A DNA stretch of 64,000 nucleotides from an uncultured Dictyoglomota bacterium. GTDB taxonomy: Bacteria > Dictyoglomota > Dictyoglomia > Dictyoglomales > Dictyoglomaceae. Every line of letters begins with the position of its first letter. The first letter of the stretch is position 1. The notes under the pieces are model-generated. The model was not told the DNA's origin. It did not search any database and saw nothing but the letters and a program-made list of their open reading frames with translations. Below are positions 7,950 to 17,628 of this stretch, piece after piece. The stretch is from contig CAZZIO010000032.1 of assembly GCA_964654465.1 (NCBI GenBank), positions 32,001 to 96,000 of the forward strand, given 5' to 3'. The translations under genes and the position numbers were made by a program.

Positions 7950-10373
7950 ATGGAAAAAAGCAAAATAATATTAGTTGGCTTAGAAAAAGAGATGGAAAAT
8001 TCCTACTTGGATTACGCTATGAGCGTAATCGTAGGAAGAGCTTTACCTGATGCAAGGGACGGACTAAAACCTGTACAAAGAAGAATTATATATTCTATGT
8101 ACGAATCTGGAATGCTACATAATAGACCCTACAAAAAGAGTGCCCATGTAGTAGGTAATGTCTTAGGTAGATATCATCCTCATGGGGATGCTGCAGTCTA
8201 TGAAGCATTAGTAAGAATGGCTCAGGATTTTTCCTTCAGATACCCATTAATAGATGGACATGGGAATTTTGGTTCCATAGACGGAGACGAACCAGCAGCT
8301 ATGAGATACACAGAGGTAAGACTTGCTCCTATAGCCTCAGAAATGATTGCAGATATAGAAAAAGATGTGGTAGATTTTGTACCCAACTATGACAATTCAC
8401 TAAAGGAGCCGGTAGTACTTCCCACTAAAATTCCTCAGCTTCTTATGAATGGTTCTTCTGGAATAGCTGTAGGAATGGCAACTAATATCCCACCTCATAA
8501 TTTAGGAGAATTAATAGATGCCTTACTATATTTAATAGAAAATCCTCATACAGGGCTTGATGAAATATTAAAGTTTATAGATGGTCCTGATTTTCCAACA
8601 GGTGGAATAATTGTGGGAAGAAAAGGAATAAGGGAAAGTTACTTAACAGGTAAAGGTAAAATCATAGTAAGAGGAAAGGTTAAAATAGAGGAAACAAAGA
8701 AAGGTGAAAAAAATATTATTATTACCGAAATACCCTATCAGGTTAACAAGGCTAATCTACTAACCCAAATTGCCGAACTTGTACAAGAAAAGAAAATAAC
8801 TGGAATAAAAGATCTAAGAGATGAGTCGGATAAACATGGAATAAGAGTTGTAATAGAGCTTAGAAAAGAAGCAGAACCCCAAATTGTTATTAATCAGCTT
8901 TATAAACATACCCAATTAGAGACCACTTTTGGAGTTATCATGCTCGCTATTTTGGATGGTCAGCCTAAAGTCTTTAATCTTATAGAATTACTTAAGATTT
9001 TCTTAGAACATAGAAAAGATGTTGTACTGAGAAGAACTAAGTATGATCTGGAGAAAGCAAAGGCAAGGGCTCATATTTTAGAGGGATTGTTAATAGCATT
9101 AGATCACTTAGATGAAGTAATAAGAATTATAAGACAAGCTGAGAATGCTGATTCTGCAAGAGAGGAATTAATGATAAAATTTAAGCTCACACAGGTACAA
9201 GCTCAGGCAATTCTTGACATGAGATTACATCAATTAACAAAGCTTGAAAAAGAGAAATTAATAAATGAGATGGAAAGCATAAGAAAAACTATTGAAGAAC
9301 TACAAAAAATACTTAACGATGAAAAAGAATTATGGAAAGTAATTGCAGGGGAATTAAAAGAGATAAAAAATAAATACTCTGATAAAAGAAGAACAGAAAT
9401 TCAAGAGGAAGAAAAAAGCGACATAACTATTGAGGATTTAGTACCTGATAATCCTGAAGTTGTATGTCTTACTCGAGAAGGATATATAAAGAGACTTCCA
9501 TTATCCACGTATCAAATACAGAAAAGAGGTGGAAAGGGTCTTAATACTCTTGCCAATAATATAAATGACATAATAACCTCTTTTGTGGTTACATCTACAA
9601 GAAGTACATTATTTTTATTCAGCAACAAAGGAAGGGTCTTTTACATAAAAACCTATGAATTAGATGAAACTTCAAGACAAAGTAAAGGTACTCCTCTTAA
9701 GAATTATATAGGCATATCAGAAGGAGAAGAAATAACAGAAATTATATCTTTAAATGAATTTCCTCAAAATCTCTATTTTCTATTTGTAACCTCTCAAGGA
9801 ATAGTCAAAAAGACTCCTGTGGAAGAATTTCAAAATGTTAGAAAAACCGGCATAAATGCTATAAAATTAGCAGATAATGACCTATTGGTTAACGTATTCT
9901 TAACCACTGGAAACGATCAAATTATATTACTTACAAAGAAAGGTAATGCTATAAGATTTGATGAAAAAGATGTTAGACCTATGGGGAGATCTGCTCAAGG
10001 AGTGGTAGGAATAAAACTAAGAAAGGACGACTCTGTAATAGGTGGAATAATAGTTAAAAATGATAAAGACATTGTACTTGTTACAGAATATGGCATAGGT
10101 AAAAGGATAAAACCTGATGAATTCAATTTGCAAAAAAGAGGTGGAATTGGAATTAGAGCAATAAAAATAACACCTAAAACAGGTAATTTAATAGGAGTAA
10201 AAAATGTGTCAGAAAATGATGAAATATTAATTAGCACTCAAAAGGGTCAAATCATAAGATTAGCTGTAAAAAATATACCTATCATGGGTAGAAATACTCA
10301 AGGGGTAAAATTGGTAAAATTAAATGATGAAGATAGAGTAGTTAGTATTGATCTGGTGAGTAACGAAGAATGA
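7950..10373 (+). CDS. gyrA: DNA gyrase subunit A
   Basis: [29 protein letters not shown] catalytic Tyr, GyrA-box QKRGGKG, C-terminal beta-pinwheel repeats. Confidence 0.97.
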   Translation: MEKSKIILVGLEKEMENSYLDYAMSVIVGRALPDARDGLKPVQRRIIYSMYESGMLHNRPYKKSAHVVGNVLGRYHPHGDAAVYEALVRMAQDFSFRYPLIDGHGNFGSIDGDEPAAMRYTEVRLAPIASEMIADIEKDVVDFVPNYDNSLKEPVVLPTKIPQLLMNGSSGIAVGMATNIPPHNLGELIDALLYLIENPHTGLDEILKFIDGPDFPTGGIIVGRKGIRESYLTGKGKIIVRGKVKIEETKKGEKNIIITEIPYQVNKANLLTQIAELVQEKKITGIKDLRDESDKHGIRVVIELRKEAEPQIVINQLYKHTQLETTFGVIMLAILDGQPKVFNLIELLKIFLEHRKDVVLRRTKYDLEKAKARAHILEGLLIALDHLDEVIRIIRQAENADSAREELMIKFKLTQVQAQAILDMRLHQLTKLEKEKLINEMESIRKTIEELQKILNDEKELWKVIAGELKEIKNKYSDKRRTEIQEEEKSDITIEDLVPDNPEVVCLTREGYIKRLPLSTYQIQKRGGKGLNTLANNINDIITSFVVTSTRSTLFLFSNKGRVFYIKTYELDETSRQSKGTPLKNYIGISEGEEITEIISLNEFPQNLYFLFVTSQGIVKKTPVEEFQNVRKTGINAIKLADNDLLVNVFLTTGNDQIILLTKKGNAIRFDEKDVRPMGRSAQGVVGIKLRKDDSVIGGIIVKNDKDIVLVTEYGIGKRIKPDEFNLQKRGGIGIRAIKITPKTGNLIGVKNVSENDEILISTQKGQIIRLAVKNIPIMGRNTQGVKLVKLNDEDRVVSIDLVSNEE

Positions 10374-10786
10374 AAAAATATGAATTAATAGATCATACAG
10401 CAGATATAGGAATAATTGCATATGGAAGTACGAAGGAAGAAGCTTTTGAGGTATCAGCAGAAGCAATGTTTGACCTTATGTGTCCGTTAGAAAAAATTGA
10501 TGAAAAGGAAAGGTTTGACATTGAAGTAGATGCTGAAGATTTAGAATCTCTACTTGTTACATGGTTAAATGAACTCCTTTATGTATTTGACGTTAAAAGA
10601 CTTATATTCAAAAAATTTAATGTCACCCTTATAGGGAATAATCAACTAATAAGCCACTGTTTTGGTGAGAAATTTGATCCTAGAAAACATGAAATCATAA
10701 GAGAAATAAAAGCAGTAACATATAATCTATTAAAGATTGAAAATAAAGATAACCAATGGATAATACAGGTGGTATTTGATATTTAA
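10370..10786 (+). CDS. Archease
   Basis: N-terminal DHTADI and C-terminal EIKAVTY...VFDI signature. Confidence 0.92.
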   Translation: MKKYELIDHTADIGIIAYGSTKEEAFEVSAEAMFDLMCPLEKIDEKERFDIEVDAEDLESLLVTWLNELLYVFDVKRLIFKKFNVTLIGNNQLISHCFGEKFDPRKHEIIREIKAVTYNLLKIENKDNQWIIQVVFDI

Positions 10787-11787
10787 TGGCAAACTTAATA
10801 GTTGGAGAATCTCAATCAGGAAAAACAACACTTATAAAAGTCCTTTCAAAAGGAAAGGCACACATTAAATTTTCTGATTATAATATATGTGCAGTACCCA
10901 AAGAGGATGAAAGGCTAATAGAACTTTGGAAAATCTTTAAAAGTAAATCTATTAATTTTATAAACTTAGACTTTATGGATCCACCAGGTAATGCTACTTT
11001 TACATCCCTAAATCCCCAACTTTATGAAAAAATACAAAAAGCAGAAATAATTCTTTATATGCTGCCTCTTTTTAGAGAAGATAAAGATCTTGATGAGATA
11101 AAAAACCAAGAAAATGAATTTATACTAAAAGATCTGGAAACTACAGAAAAACTTTTGAAAAATAGAAAATTAGGTATACCTGAAAAAGCAGTTTTAGATA
11201 AAATCCAAAAAAGTTTATTAGATGAGATTCCATTAAGCAATATGGAATTTAGAGAGGATGAACTAAAAATACTTTCTGCTTGGAATCTACTATCTATAAA
11301 ACCAATTTTTTACATAATAAATATCTCAAATACTCAATTAGAAGATGAAAAACTTCTAAATTCCATAAAGGAGAAATTAAAAGATAAAATCTATTTCTTA
11401 TTTCCGGCTAAATTAGAAGAAGAACTCTTAGAACTTGATGAAAAAGATGTCACAGAGTATTTGTCCATGTATAACTTATCAAAAAGCATAAGAAACCTAT
11501 TAATAGATAAAATTTTTGAGTTTAACAATCTTATTTCCTTCTTTACAGTTGGAGAAAAGGATGCTCGAGCTTGGAAGCTAAAAAAAGGAAGCACAGCTTT
11601 AAATGCTGCTGGTGTTATTCATACAGATATTGCAAAAGGTTTTATAAGAGCTGAAGTAATAAGATGGGACGAGCTTGTAAAAATCGGTGATTGGAAAAAG
11701 GCATATCAAGAAGGAAAAGTAAGAGTAGAAAAGAAAGATTATATAGTAGAAGATGGAGATGTATTATATATAAGATTCCACATATAA
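10786..11787 (+). CDS. ychF: YchF/Ola1-family ATPase (divergent N-terminus, TGS/DUF933 C-terminus)
   Basis: C-terminal FFTVGEKDARAW, AAGVIHTDIAKGFIRAEV, KDYIVEDGDV. P-loop GESQSGKT. Confidence 0.75.
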   Translation: MANLIVGESQSGKTTLIKVLSKGKAHIKFSDYNICAVPKEDERLIELWKIFKSKSINFINLDFMDPPGNATFTSLNPQLYEKIQKAEIILYMLPLFREDKDLDEIKNQENEFILKDLETTEKLLKNRKLGIPEKAVLDKIQKSLLDEIPLSNMEFREDELKILSAWNLLSIKPIFYIINISNTQLEDEKLLNSIKEKLKDKIYFLFPAKLEEELLELDEKDVTEYLSMYNLSKSIRNLLIDKIFEFNNLISFFTVGEKDARAWKLKKGSTALNAAGVIHTDIAKGFIRAEVIRWDELVKIGDWKKAYQEGKVRVEKKDYIVEDGDVLYIRFHI

Positions 11788-11793
11788 AATTAA

Positions 11794-12207
11794 TTAAGTC
11801 TTTTCTCCTTTAACAAAATCATAAAGTGTATATTTAGCTAGCGTTTCTCTTAGTTTATTTGTCATCTCAATCCATAAAGGTCTTGTTTTACACTGAGAAA
11901 CCCTCTTGCACTTATTAGGAAAAACTATACAATCCACTAATGCAGTCCTACCCTCTAAAGCCTCTACCACCTCTAAAATCTTAATTTCCTTTGGATCACC
12001 ATTTATATAATAACCACCTTCTGCTCCAACCTCAGCCTTAACAAATTTGTTTTGCGAAAGAATTCTCATAATTCTTTCCAAGTATCTTAGAGGAATCTCT
12101 TCAGCCTCAGATATTCTCCTTACACTTACAGGATTTCCCTCTTTTTGATTTTTAGCTATGTATATGAGAGCTCTCAAACCATATCTTGACCTTGTTGATA
12201 ATTTCAT
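11794..12207 (-). CDS. Rrf2-family transcriptional regulator (three Cys, probably Fe-S binding)
   Basis: MKLSTRSRYGLRAL, YLERI, GAEGGY, C-x6-C-x5-C. Confidence 0.92.
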   Translation of the reverse strand: MKLSTRSRYGLRALIYIAKNQKEGNPVSVRRISEAEEIPLRYLERIMRILSQNKFVKAEVGAEGGYYINGDPKEIKILEVVEALEGRTALVDCIVFPNKCKRVSQCKTRPLWIEMTNKLRETLAKYTLYDFVKGEKT

Positions 12208-12279
12208 AATTATTACACCTCTAAATTCATACTTTTTTAGGATATTTTACATGTTATCCTTTTAAAAGTCAAACATCAA

Positions 12280-13278
12280 TCAGACCAAAACATTCTTCAG
12301 CCATTGAAAAGATTTATTCCCCCAAATCTCATGTCCCCCATCAAAAAACTCATAATTTAAATTATCAGATACATTTAAAAAATCATATACTTTTTTAATC
12401 TTTGAAAAAGCAAATTTTGTTGCTTCTATAGGAAAAATAGGATCTTTTATACCATGTTCAATAAATAGAAATCTTGGTGCAATAAGTCCTGCAATATCAT
12501 ACATCTCTGCATATTTCAAAATACCATAAATATAATTGCATTCACAATGAGAAATACTTAATACGCTGTCTCTAAAGGTATTTAAATATCCACTAATAAC
12601 GGTAGCTTTAATACGATCATCTAATGATGATGCAAATAAGGAAGAGGTCCCACCACCTGAAATCCCATAAATGCCTATAGAATCTTTTTTTACCTCAGGG
12701 AAACCTTGAAGTAAATCAATACTTCTTATTATATCCCAAACCCTAAGTCCTATAACTGTTTTACCAAGCATTAAAGCCCAGAAAAATAACTCTCTACAAG
12801 AAGAAATCTTTTCATTCTTTACTATTTTCCTGTATCCAAAACCCAATTGTTCAATAACAAATGTAATGAAACCCTGTTTTACCAATGAGATTCCAAAATC
12901 CTTCATATAACCAGATGGAATTTCTCTCTCATTACCATTCTCATCAAGTCCAACAGCATCATTCATCCCTATTCCATGACCAGGAACAGCAATAACAGCA
13001 GGAGCAGGAAGTTCTACCTTTTTGGGAGTAAGAAGATAAGCATAAACTTCTATATCTTCTGCCGAATTGAATATAATAAGTTCTCTCTTATAATCCTCAA
13101 AATCCTTAGTATCTAAAACCCTCAAATTGGTATCACATTTTTCTGGAAATCCCCCTAAAAGTTCAATTAACTTTAATCTAAAATTTTTTCTCCAATTTAG
13201 CCATTCTTCCTTATTCTTTGCTTTAAATCCATATAATCTTTCGTTTTGATAAAGCTTTTTAAAATATAAAAAGTCCAT
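12280..13278 (-). CDS. Alpha/beta hydrolase (dienelactone hydrolase / acetyl-xylan-esterase-like)
   Basis: GISGGG nucleophile elbow, LIAPR, D-P-I-F, C-terminal GGH. Confidence 0.8.
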   Translation of the reverse strand: MDFLYFKKLYQNERLYGFKAKNKEEWLNWRKNFRLKLIELLGGFPEKCDTNLRVLDTKDFEDYKRELIIFNSAEDIEVYAYLLTPKKVELPAPAVIAVPGHGIGMNDAVGLDENGNEREIPSGYMKDFGISLVKQGFITFVIEQLGFGYRKIVKNEKISSCRELFFWALMLGKTVIGLRVWDIIRSIDLLQGFPEVKKDSIGIYGISGGGTSSLFASSLDDRIKATVISGYLNTFRDSVLSISHCECNYIYGILKYAEMYDIAGLIAPRFLFIEHGIKDPIFPIEATKFAFSKIKKVYDFLNVSDNLNYEFFDGGHEIWGNKSFQWLKNVLV

Positions 13279-13372
13279 AAGTATCCTCCTTAATCAAAAT
13301 AATGTTTATATTGTACACTATTAATTTATCTGATGTTAACAAAAATAAATGATTGTTTTAAAATAACTTAAA

Positions 13373-14623
13373 ATGAATTATAAAGAGATTAATAAATTGA
13401 GGTTAATTGCGGATTTTCATATACATTCAAAATATAGCAGGGCTACAAGTAAAGATATGGATCTCCATAGCCTTACAAAATGGGCTAAAATTAAGGGAGT
13501 AAATATTTTAGGTACTGGCGATTTTACGCATCCATTATGGTTTAACGAGTTGAAAGGTAAATTAAAAGAAGAAAATTACGGCATATATTCTTACAATGAT
13601 ATTTATTTTATTTTATCCTCAGAGATAAGTCTTATATATAATCAAAATAACAAATTAAGGAGAATTCATCTTCTTATTTTTGCTCCTTCCTTTGAGATAG
13701 CATATAAGATTAATCGCATACTTGAAAAATATAGTAATTTAACGTCAGATGGAAGGCCAACATTGGGTGAACCCATACAAAAAGTTATACCTCAACTTTG
13801 GGATTTATCTGAAGAGATCCATATAATACCTGCTCATGCTTGGACACCTTGGTACTCTATATTTGGCTCAAAATCAGGTTTTGACTCAATAGAAGAAGCC
13901 TTTGGTAATTATTCTAAATACATTTTTGCTATAGAGACTGGATTAAGTAGTGATCCCTCTATGAATTGGAGGTTAAGTAAATTAGATAAGATTTGTTTAA
14001 TTTCAAATTCAGATGCCCATTCTCCAAATAAAATAGGTAGAGAAGCTAATGTACTTAATTGCAATTTAAATTACAAAGATATCTTTAATGCTATTAAAAA
14101 TCAAGATAAAGATAAATTTTTATATACTATAGAATTTTTCCCAGAAGAAGGAAAATACCACTTTGATGGTCATAGAAATTGTAATATATCATTACACCCC
14201 AAAGAGAGTATTAAGTTAGGGAAAATCTGTCCCATTTGCGGTAAACCACTTACTATAGGTGTTCTACATAGAGTAGAAGAATTAGCTGATAGAGAAGAGG
14301 TATATTTACCTATTAAAATACCTTATAAAAATTTAGTACCATTGGAAGAGATTATTGGGCAATCTTTAAATAAAGAACCTTCATCACCTATAGTACAAAG
14401 GGAATATTTAAAAACCATATCAAATCTTGGAAATGAGCTAAGCATCTTAATGGATGTATCATTAGAGGATATAATTAGAATTTCTGGAGAAAAAATTGCC
14501 AAAGGCATAAACCTTATGAGACAAGGAAAAATAAAAAAAATTCCGGGATATGATGGGGTCTATGGTAAAATAATAATTTTTCCAGAAGAGGCATCTTCAG
14601 AAAATCAACTTTCTCTCTTCTAA
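13373..14623 (+). CDS. Endonuclease Q-family PHP-domain protein (TIGR00375-like)
   Basis: DFHIHSKYSRATS, GTGDFTHP, PAHAWTPW, ETGLSSD, SNSDAHS, GKYHFDGHRNC, CPICG, PGYDGVYG. Confidence 0.88.
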   Translation: MNYKEINKLRLIADFHIHSKYSRATSKDMDLHSLTKWAKIKGVNILGTGDFTHPLWFNELKGKLKEENYGIYSYNDIYFILSSEISLIYNQNNKLRRIHLLIFAPSFEIAYKINRILEKYSNLTSDGRPTLGEPIQKVIPQLWDLSEEIHIIPAHAWTPWYSIFGSKSGFDSIEEAFGNYSKYIFAIETGLSSDPSMNWRLSKLDKICLISNSDAHSPNKIGREANVLNCNLNYKDIFNAIKNQDKDKFLYTIEFFPEEGKYHFDGHRNCNISLHPKESIKLGKICPICGKPLTIGVLHRVEELADREEVYLPIKIPYKNLVPLEEIIGQSLNKEPSSPIVQREYLKTISNLGNELSILMDVSLEDIIRISGEKIAKGINLMRQGKIKKIPGYDGVYGKIIIFPEEASSENQLSLF

Positions 14624-15411
14624 AAAGGTCTTTTGAAAAGCTCTAAAATTTTATCCTTTAAAGTTATGCCTGGTAGTAAGTTTTTAAAATCTTCAATGGC
14701 CTTATCAAATCCGATATCATAACCTCTTTTCTGACTCTCTAACCATTTATGATCTGATATATAAACGTAAAGATCTGCTTCTGTTCTTCCTGGAAAAGCA
14801 TCCAAAAGTCTTTCTTGTTGGATTTTTTTAACAATTGGTAGATAAATATTTCTATACCAATCTCTTGCCGCTTCTTTAATATTAACCTCTTCCCCCTTTT
14901 TTTCGCTCATATAATATTTATGTTCTAAAATTTGATTTAAAAGCTTTCTATACTGCCCTATTTCTGTAAGAATTATCCCTCTTAACCCTGTAATTAATTC
15001 AAAATCTGACCTTTCTCTGTGTAATATATTTTCTATACTGTTTTCAGAAGGAATATATTCAATTACATGAGCATCAATCTCTTTCTGACCTAATTTCTTT
15101 GCTACAGCCACTCTATGATTTCCATCAACAACATAATATTCATCTTTTATCTTATAAACCTCGATAGGAGGTAAAATTTTTCCTCTCAAAATTGCATTTT
15201 CAAGCTCTTGTAATCTACTTTTTGAACTACCTTTTAAAGGTCTAAACTCTTCATCAAAATCTTTATATCTTCCAACACTACCAACAATCTTATCAACCTC
15301 AATAGTCTGATAACCTAAGTCTCTCCATCCTGAAATTTCTTCTTCTTTTAAAACTTCATCAAAACTCTTTAAATGTTTTTTATTTTTTAAAAATCTCTTA
15401 AAAAACCTCAT
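14620..15411 (-). CDS. ParB/Srx-fold N-terminal domain plus DUF4032-like C-terminal protein
   Basis: IVGSVGRYKDFD, PPIEVYKIKDEYYVVDGNHR, C-terminal EHKYYMSE...W...Y.P...TEADLYVYISDHKW. Confidence 0.75.
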   Translation of the reverse strand: MRFFKRFLKNKKHLKSFDEVLKEEEISGWRDLGYQTIEVDKIVGSVGRYKDFDEEFRPLKGSSKSRLQELENAILRGKILPPIEVYKIKDEYYVVDGNHRVAVAKKLGQKEIDAHVIEYIPSENSIENILHRERSDFELITGLRGIILTEIGQYRKLLNQILEHKYYMSEKKGEEVNIKEAARDWYRNIYLPIVKKIQQERLLDAFPGRTEADLYVYISDHKWLESQKRGYDIGFDKAIEDFKNLLPGITLKDKILELFKRPF

Positions 15412-15413
15412 TT

Positions 15414-15998
15414 CTATAAATCCAAAAGAATTATTCCAGAACAGTTTATAATTTTTGTATTACCAAGCTCTGCAAACCTTTTAGAGTTATAAACATAATT
15501 CATGTGTGTATGCCCGTGAAGAAAATATTGAGGTTGATATTTCTCTATTAATTTTAGAAAAGCTTTAAAACCTTTATGAGCTAAATCATCTCCTTCATGA
15601 ATTCCAAAAGGTGGAGAGTGAGCTACCACAATGTCCACCCCTTTTCTTAACTTTAAAAACAATCTTCTAATTCTCCACTCCATTTCCTCTTCGGTATATT
15701 GAAATTTACCTACACTATATTTTATAGAACCACCAAGTCCCAAAATTTTCCTCCCTTTAAACTCTATCATCCTTCCATCAATACTTTCACAACCTTCTGG
15801 AGGCCTCTTTTCATATATCTCATCGTGATTTCCATGTACATAAAATACTGGTACATTTAACATTGTAGCTATATAAGTAAGAAGTTCCGGCATAACATCA
15901 CCACAGGATATAACCCCCTCTACCCCTTTATATGGAGTTATATCAAATTTTTCATAAAAATTTGGAGATTCAATGTCAGATAGAGCTAATACCTTCAA
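15414..15998 (-). CDS. Calcineurin-like metallophosphoesterase
   Basis: SD, CGD, GNHD, AHSPP, HGHTH motifs. Confidence 0.9.
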   Translation of the reverse strand: MKVLALSDIESPNFYEKFDITPYKGVEGVISCGDVMPELLTYIATMLNVPVFYVHGNHDEIYEKRPPEGCESIDGRMIEFKGRKILGLGGSIKYSVGKFQYTEEEMEWRIRRLFLKLRKGVDIVVAHSPPFGIHEGDDLAHKGFKAFLKLIEKYQPQYFLHGHTHMNYVYNSKRFAELGNTKIINCSGIILLDL

Positions 15999-17065
15999 CT
16001 TAAGGGCTGTCCTATCCTCATCTTAAGTTCATTAATATATCCTATAGAGAAAGGATCCTTATCTGCTAAATAAGCAAGATATACAGTAGCAAAATCTCCT
16101 AAATATGTCATAGAAAAGAACTGAGTAAGAGGAGATTTTCCTTCAGCTTGCCACATGAATATAGGTACTCCTCTTTCAGATATTTTCTCTTTCATGAACT
16201 CTACCCTAATCTTCATTTCTCCATCAAGAGAGGTGTACAAGAAAATAAGAGTTAATGGCTTAATAACTTCATCCATAGCTTCCCACGCCATAATTTCATT
16301 ATGGTTAAGCTCTGGAAAGAAGTGATAAAATGCAGGATATTTTGAATTTTCATTGATTTGACATTTCCATCTATAAGCTGCTACCTTCCATTTTTCCTCT
16401 ACAGCATAAATAACAGGAATACGCTTAAAGATCATTTTTGCAACTTTTTTGGCTACATTTTCTTCTGTTGGTACTTCTCTCTTGAAGCTTTCTCTTGCCT
16501 TTTTAAGATAATTAATAGTCTCCTCTATCTCTGACTTTTTAGAGGATACTGCTCCTATTTTTTCCAAAACTACAAAAGAAGGAATTGTTACATAGCCTAT
16601 AGCAGCTCTTGGTGCCATGCCTGATGGTATCTCAACCAAAGTAAGATTTTTTTCATTTGCAAATTCTTTTAATTTTCCTCCACTTGTTACTGCTACAACA
16701 GAGGCTCCTTTATCATAAGCAGCTTTGGCAGAATTTAAAGTTTCTACAGTATTACCTGAATAACTAACCGCAAATACTAAGGTTTTACTATCCACCCAAG
16801 TAGGGAGATCATAATCTCTGTTTACATATATAGGAAATCTTGCTTCTTTAAAAAGGGCACTTTGTAAAACGTCGCCTCCTATAGCAGATCCGCCCATACC
16901 AAGCACAAGAACCCTCTCTATATTATAAGACACATTTTTTATAGGAGTAGAATAAGAAACTTCTGCAGCTCTTTCTATTTGTTCTGGCAAATTATAAACT
17001 GCTGAATACATGTCCTTGGGGTCTAAGTTTTTAAGAACCTCAATTTGATCCAATTTCTCTACCAT
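15995..17065 (-). CDS. Bifunctional phosphoglucose/phosphomannose isomerase
   Basis: GMGGSAIGG, SYSGNTVET, SGGKL, PRAA, RWKCQINENSK, PELNHNE. Confidence 0.93.
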   Translation of the reverse strand: MVEKLDQIEVLKNLDPKDMYSAVYNLPEQIERAAEVSYSTPIKNVSYNIERVLVLGMGGSAIGGDVLQSALFKEARFPIYVNRDYDLPTWVDSKTLVFAVSYSGNTVETLNSAKAAYDKGASVVAVTSGGKLKEFANEKNLTLVEIPSGMAPRAAIGYVTIPSFVVLEKIGAVSSKKSEIEETINYLKKARESFKREVPTEENVAKKVAKMIFKRIPVIYAVEEKWKVAAYRWKCQINENSKYPAFYHFFPELNHNEIMAWEAMDEVIKPLTLIFLYTSLDGEMKIRVEFMKEKISERGVPIFMWQAEGKSPLTQFFSMTYLGDFATVYLAYLADKDPFSIGYINELKMRIGQPLS

Positions 17066-17123
17066 CTTTATGCCTCCTTTAATTATTTTGTTTGTGAAAT
17101 TATTTTAGCTTATAATTAAATCG

Positions 17124-17151
17124 TTGACAATAATTAAATACTCTGTATACT
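17124..17151 (+). promoter_or_regulatory. Putative sigma70 promoter of osmC-gltX-yaaC
   Basis: TTGACA-16 nt-TATACT. Confidence 0.55.
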
Positions 17152-17184
17152 TTAAAAGTATTTAAAATAATTTAAGAAAGGAGG

Positions 17185-17604
17185 ATGAAAGAAATGGAAA
17201 CAAAGGTTGTATGGAATGGAGAAATGAAATTTACAGGAACAACTCCTTCTAACTTCAATATCGTCATGGATTCTACACCAGATCATGGAGGAGGAAATGA
17301 AGGACCTCGCCCTATGGAGCTTATACTTGTAGCTCTTGGGGGATGTACAGGTATGGATGTAATCTCTATTTTAAATAAAATGAAAGAGAAGGTTGAACAT
17401 TTTGAAATGAAAATCACAGCAGAAAGAGCCCAAGAGCATCCTAAGGTTTATACCAAAGTACATATTGAATACATTTTCAAAGGGGAAAATTTAAATGAAG
17501 CTAACATCAAAAAAGCTATAGATCTTTCTCAAACAAAATACTGCTCTGTATCTGCTATGTTAAGAAACACAGCAGAAGTTACATACTCATATAAAATACT
17601 TTAG
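17185..17604 (+). CDS. OsmC/YhfA family protein
   Basis: GPRPMELILVALGGCTGMDV, KYCSVS. Confidence 0.9.
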   Translation: MKEMETKVVWNGEMKFTGTTPSNFNIVMDSTPDHGGGNEGPRPMELILVALGGCTGMDVISILNKMKEKVEHFEMKITAERAQEHPKVYTKVHIEYIFKGENLNEANIKKAIDLSQTKYCSVSAMLRNTAEVTYSYKIL

Positions 17605-17628
17605 TGGAAGGGAGAGAACAGGCTAAGT

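Noticed and set aside
14620..15411. Chromosome-partitioning parB
   Set aside because: No parA neighbour, no evident HTH, and no parS palindrome noticed in the window
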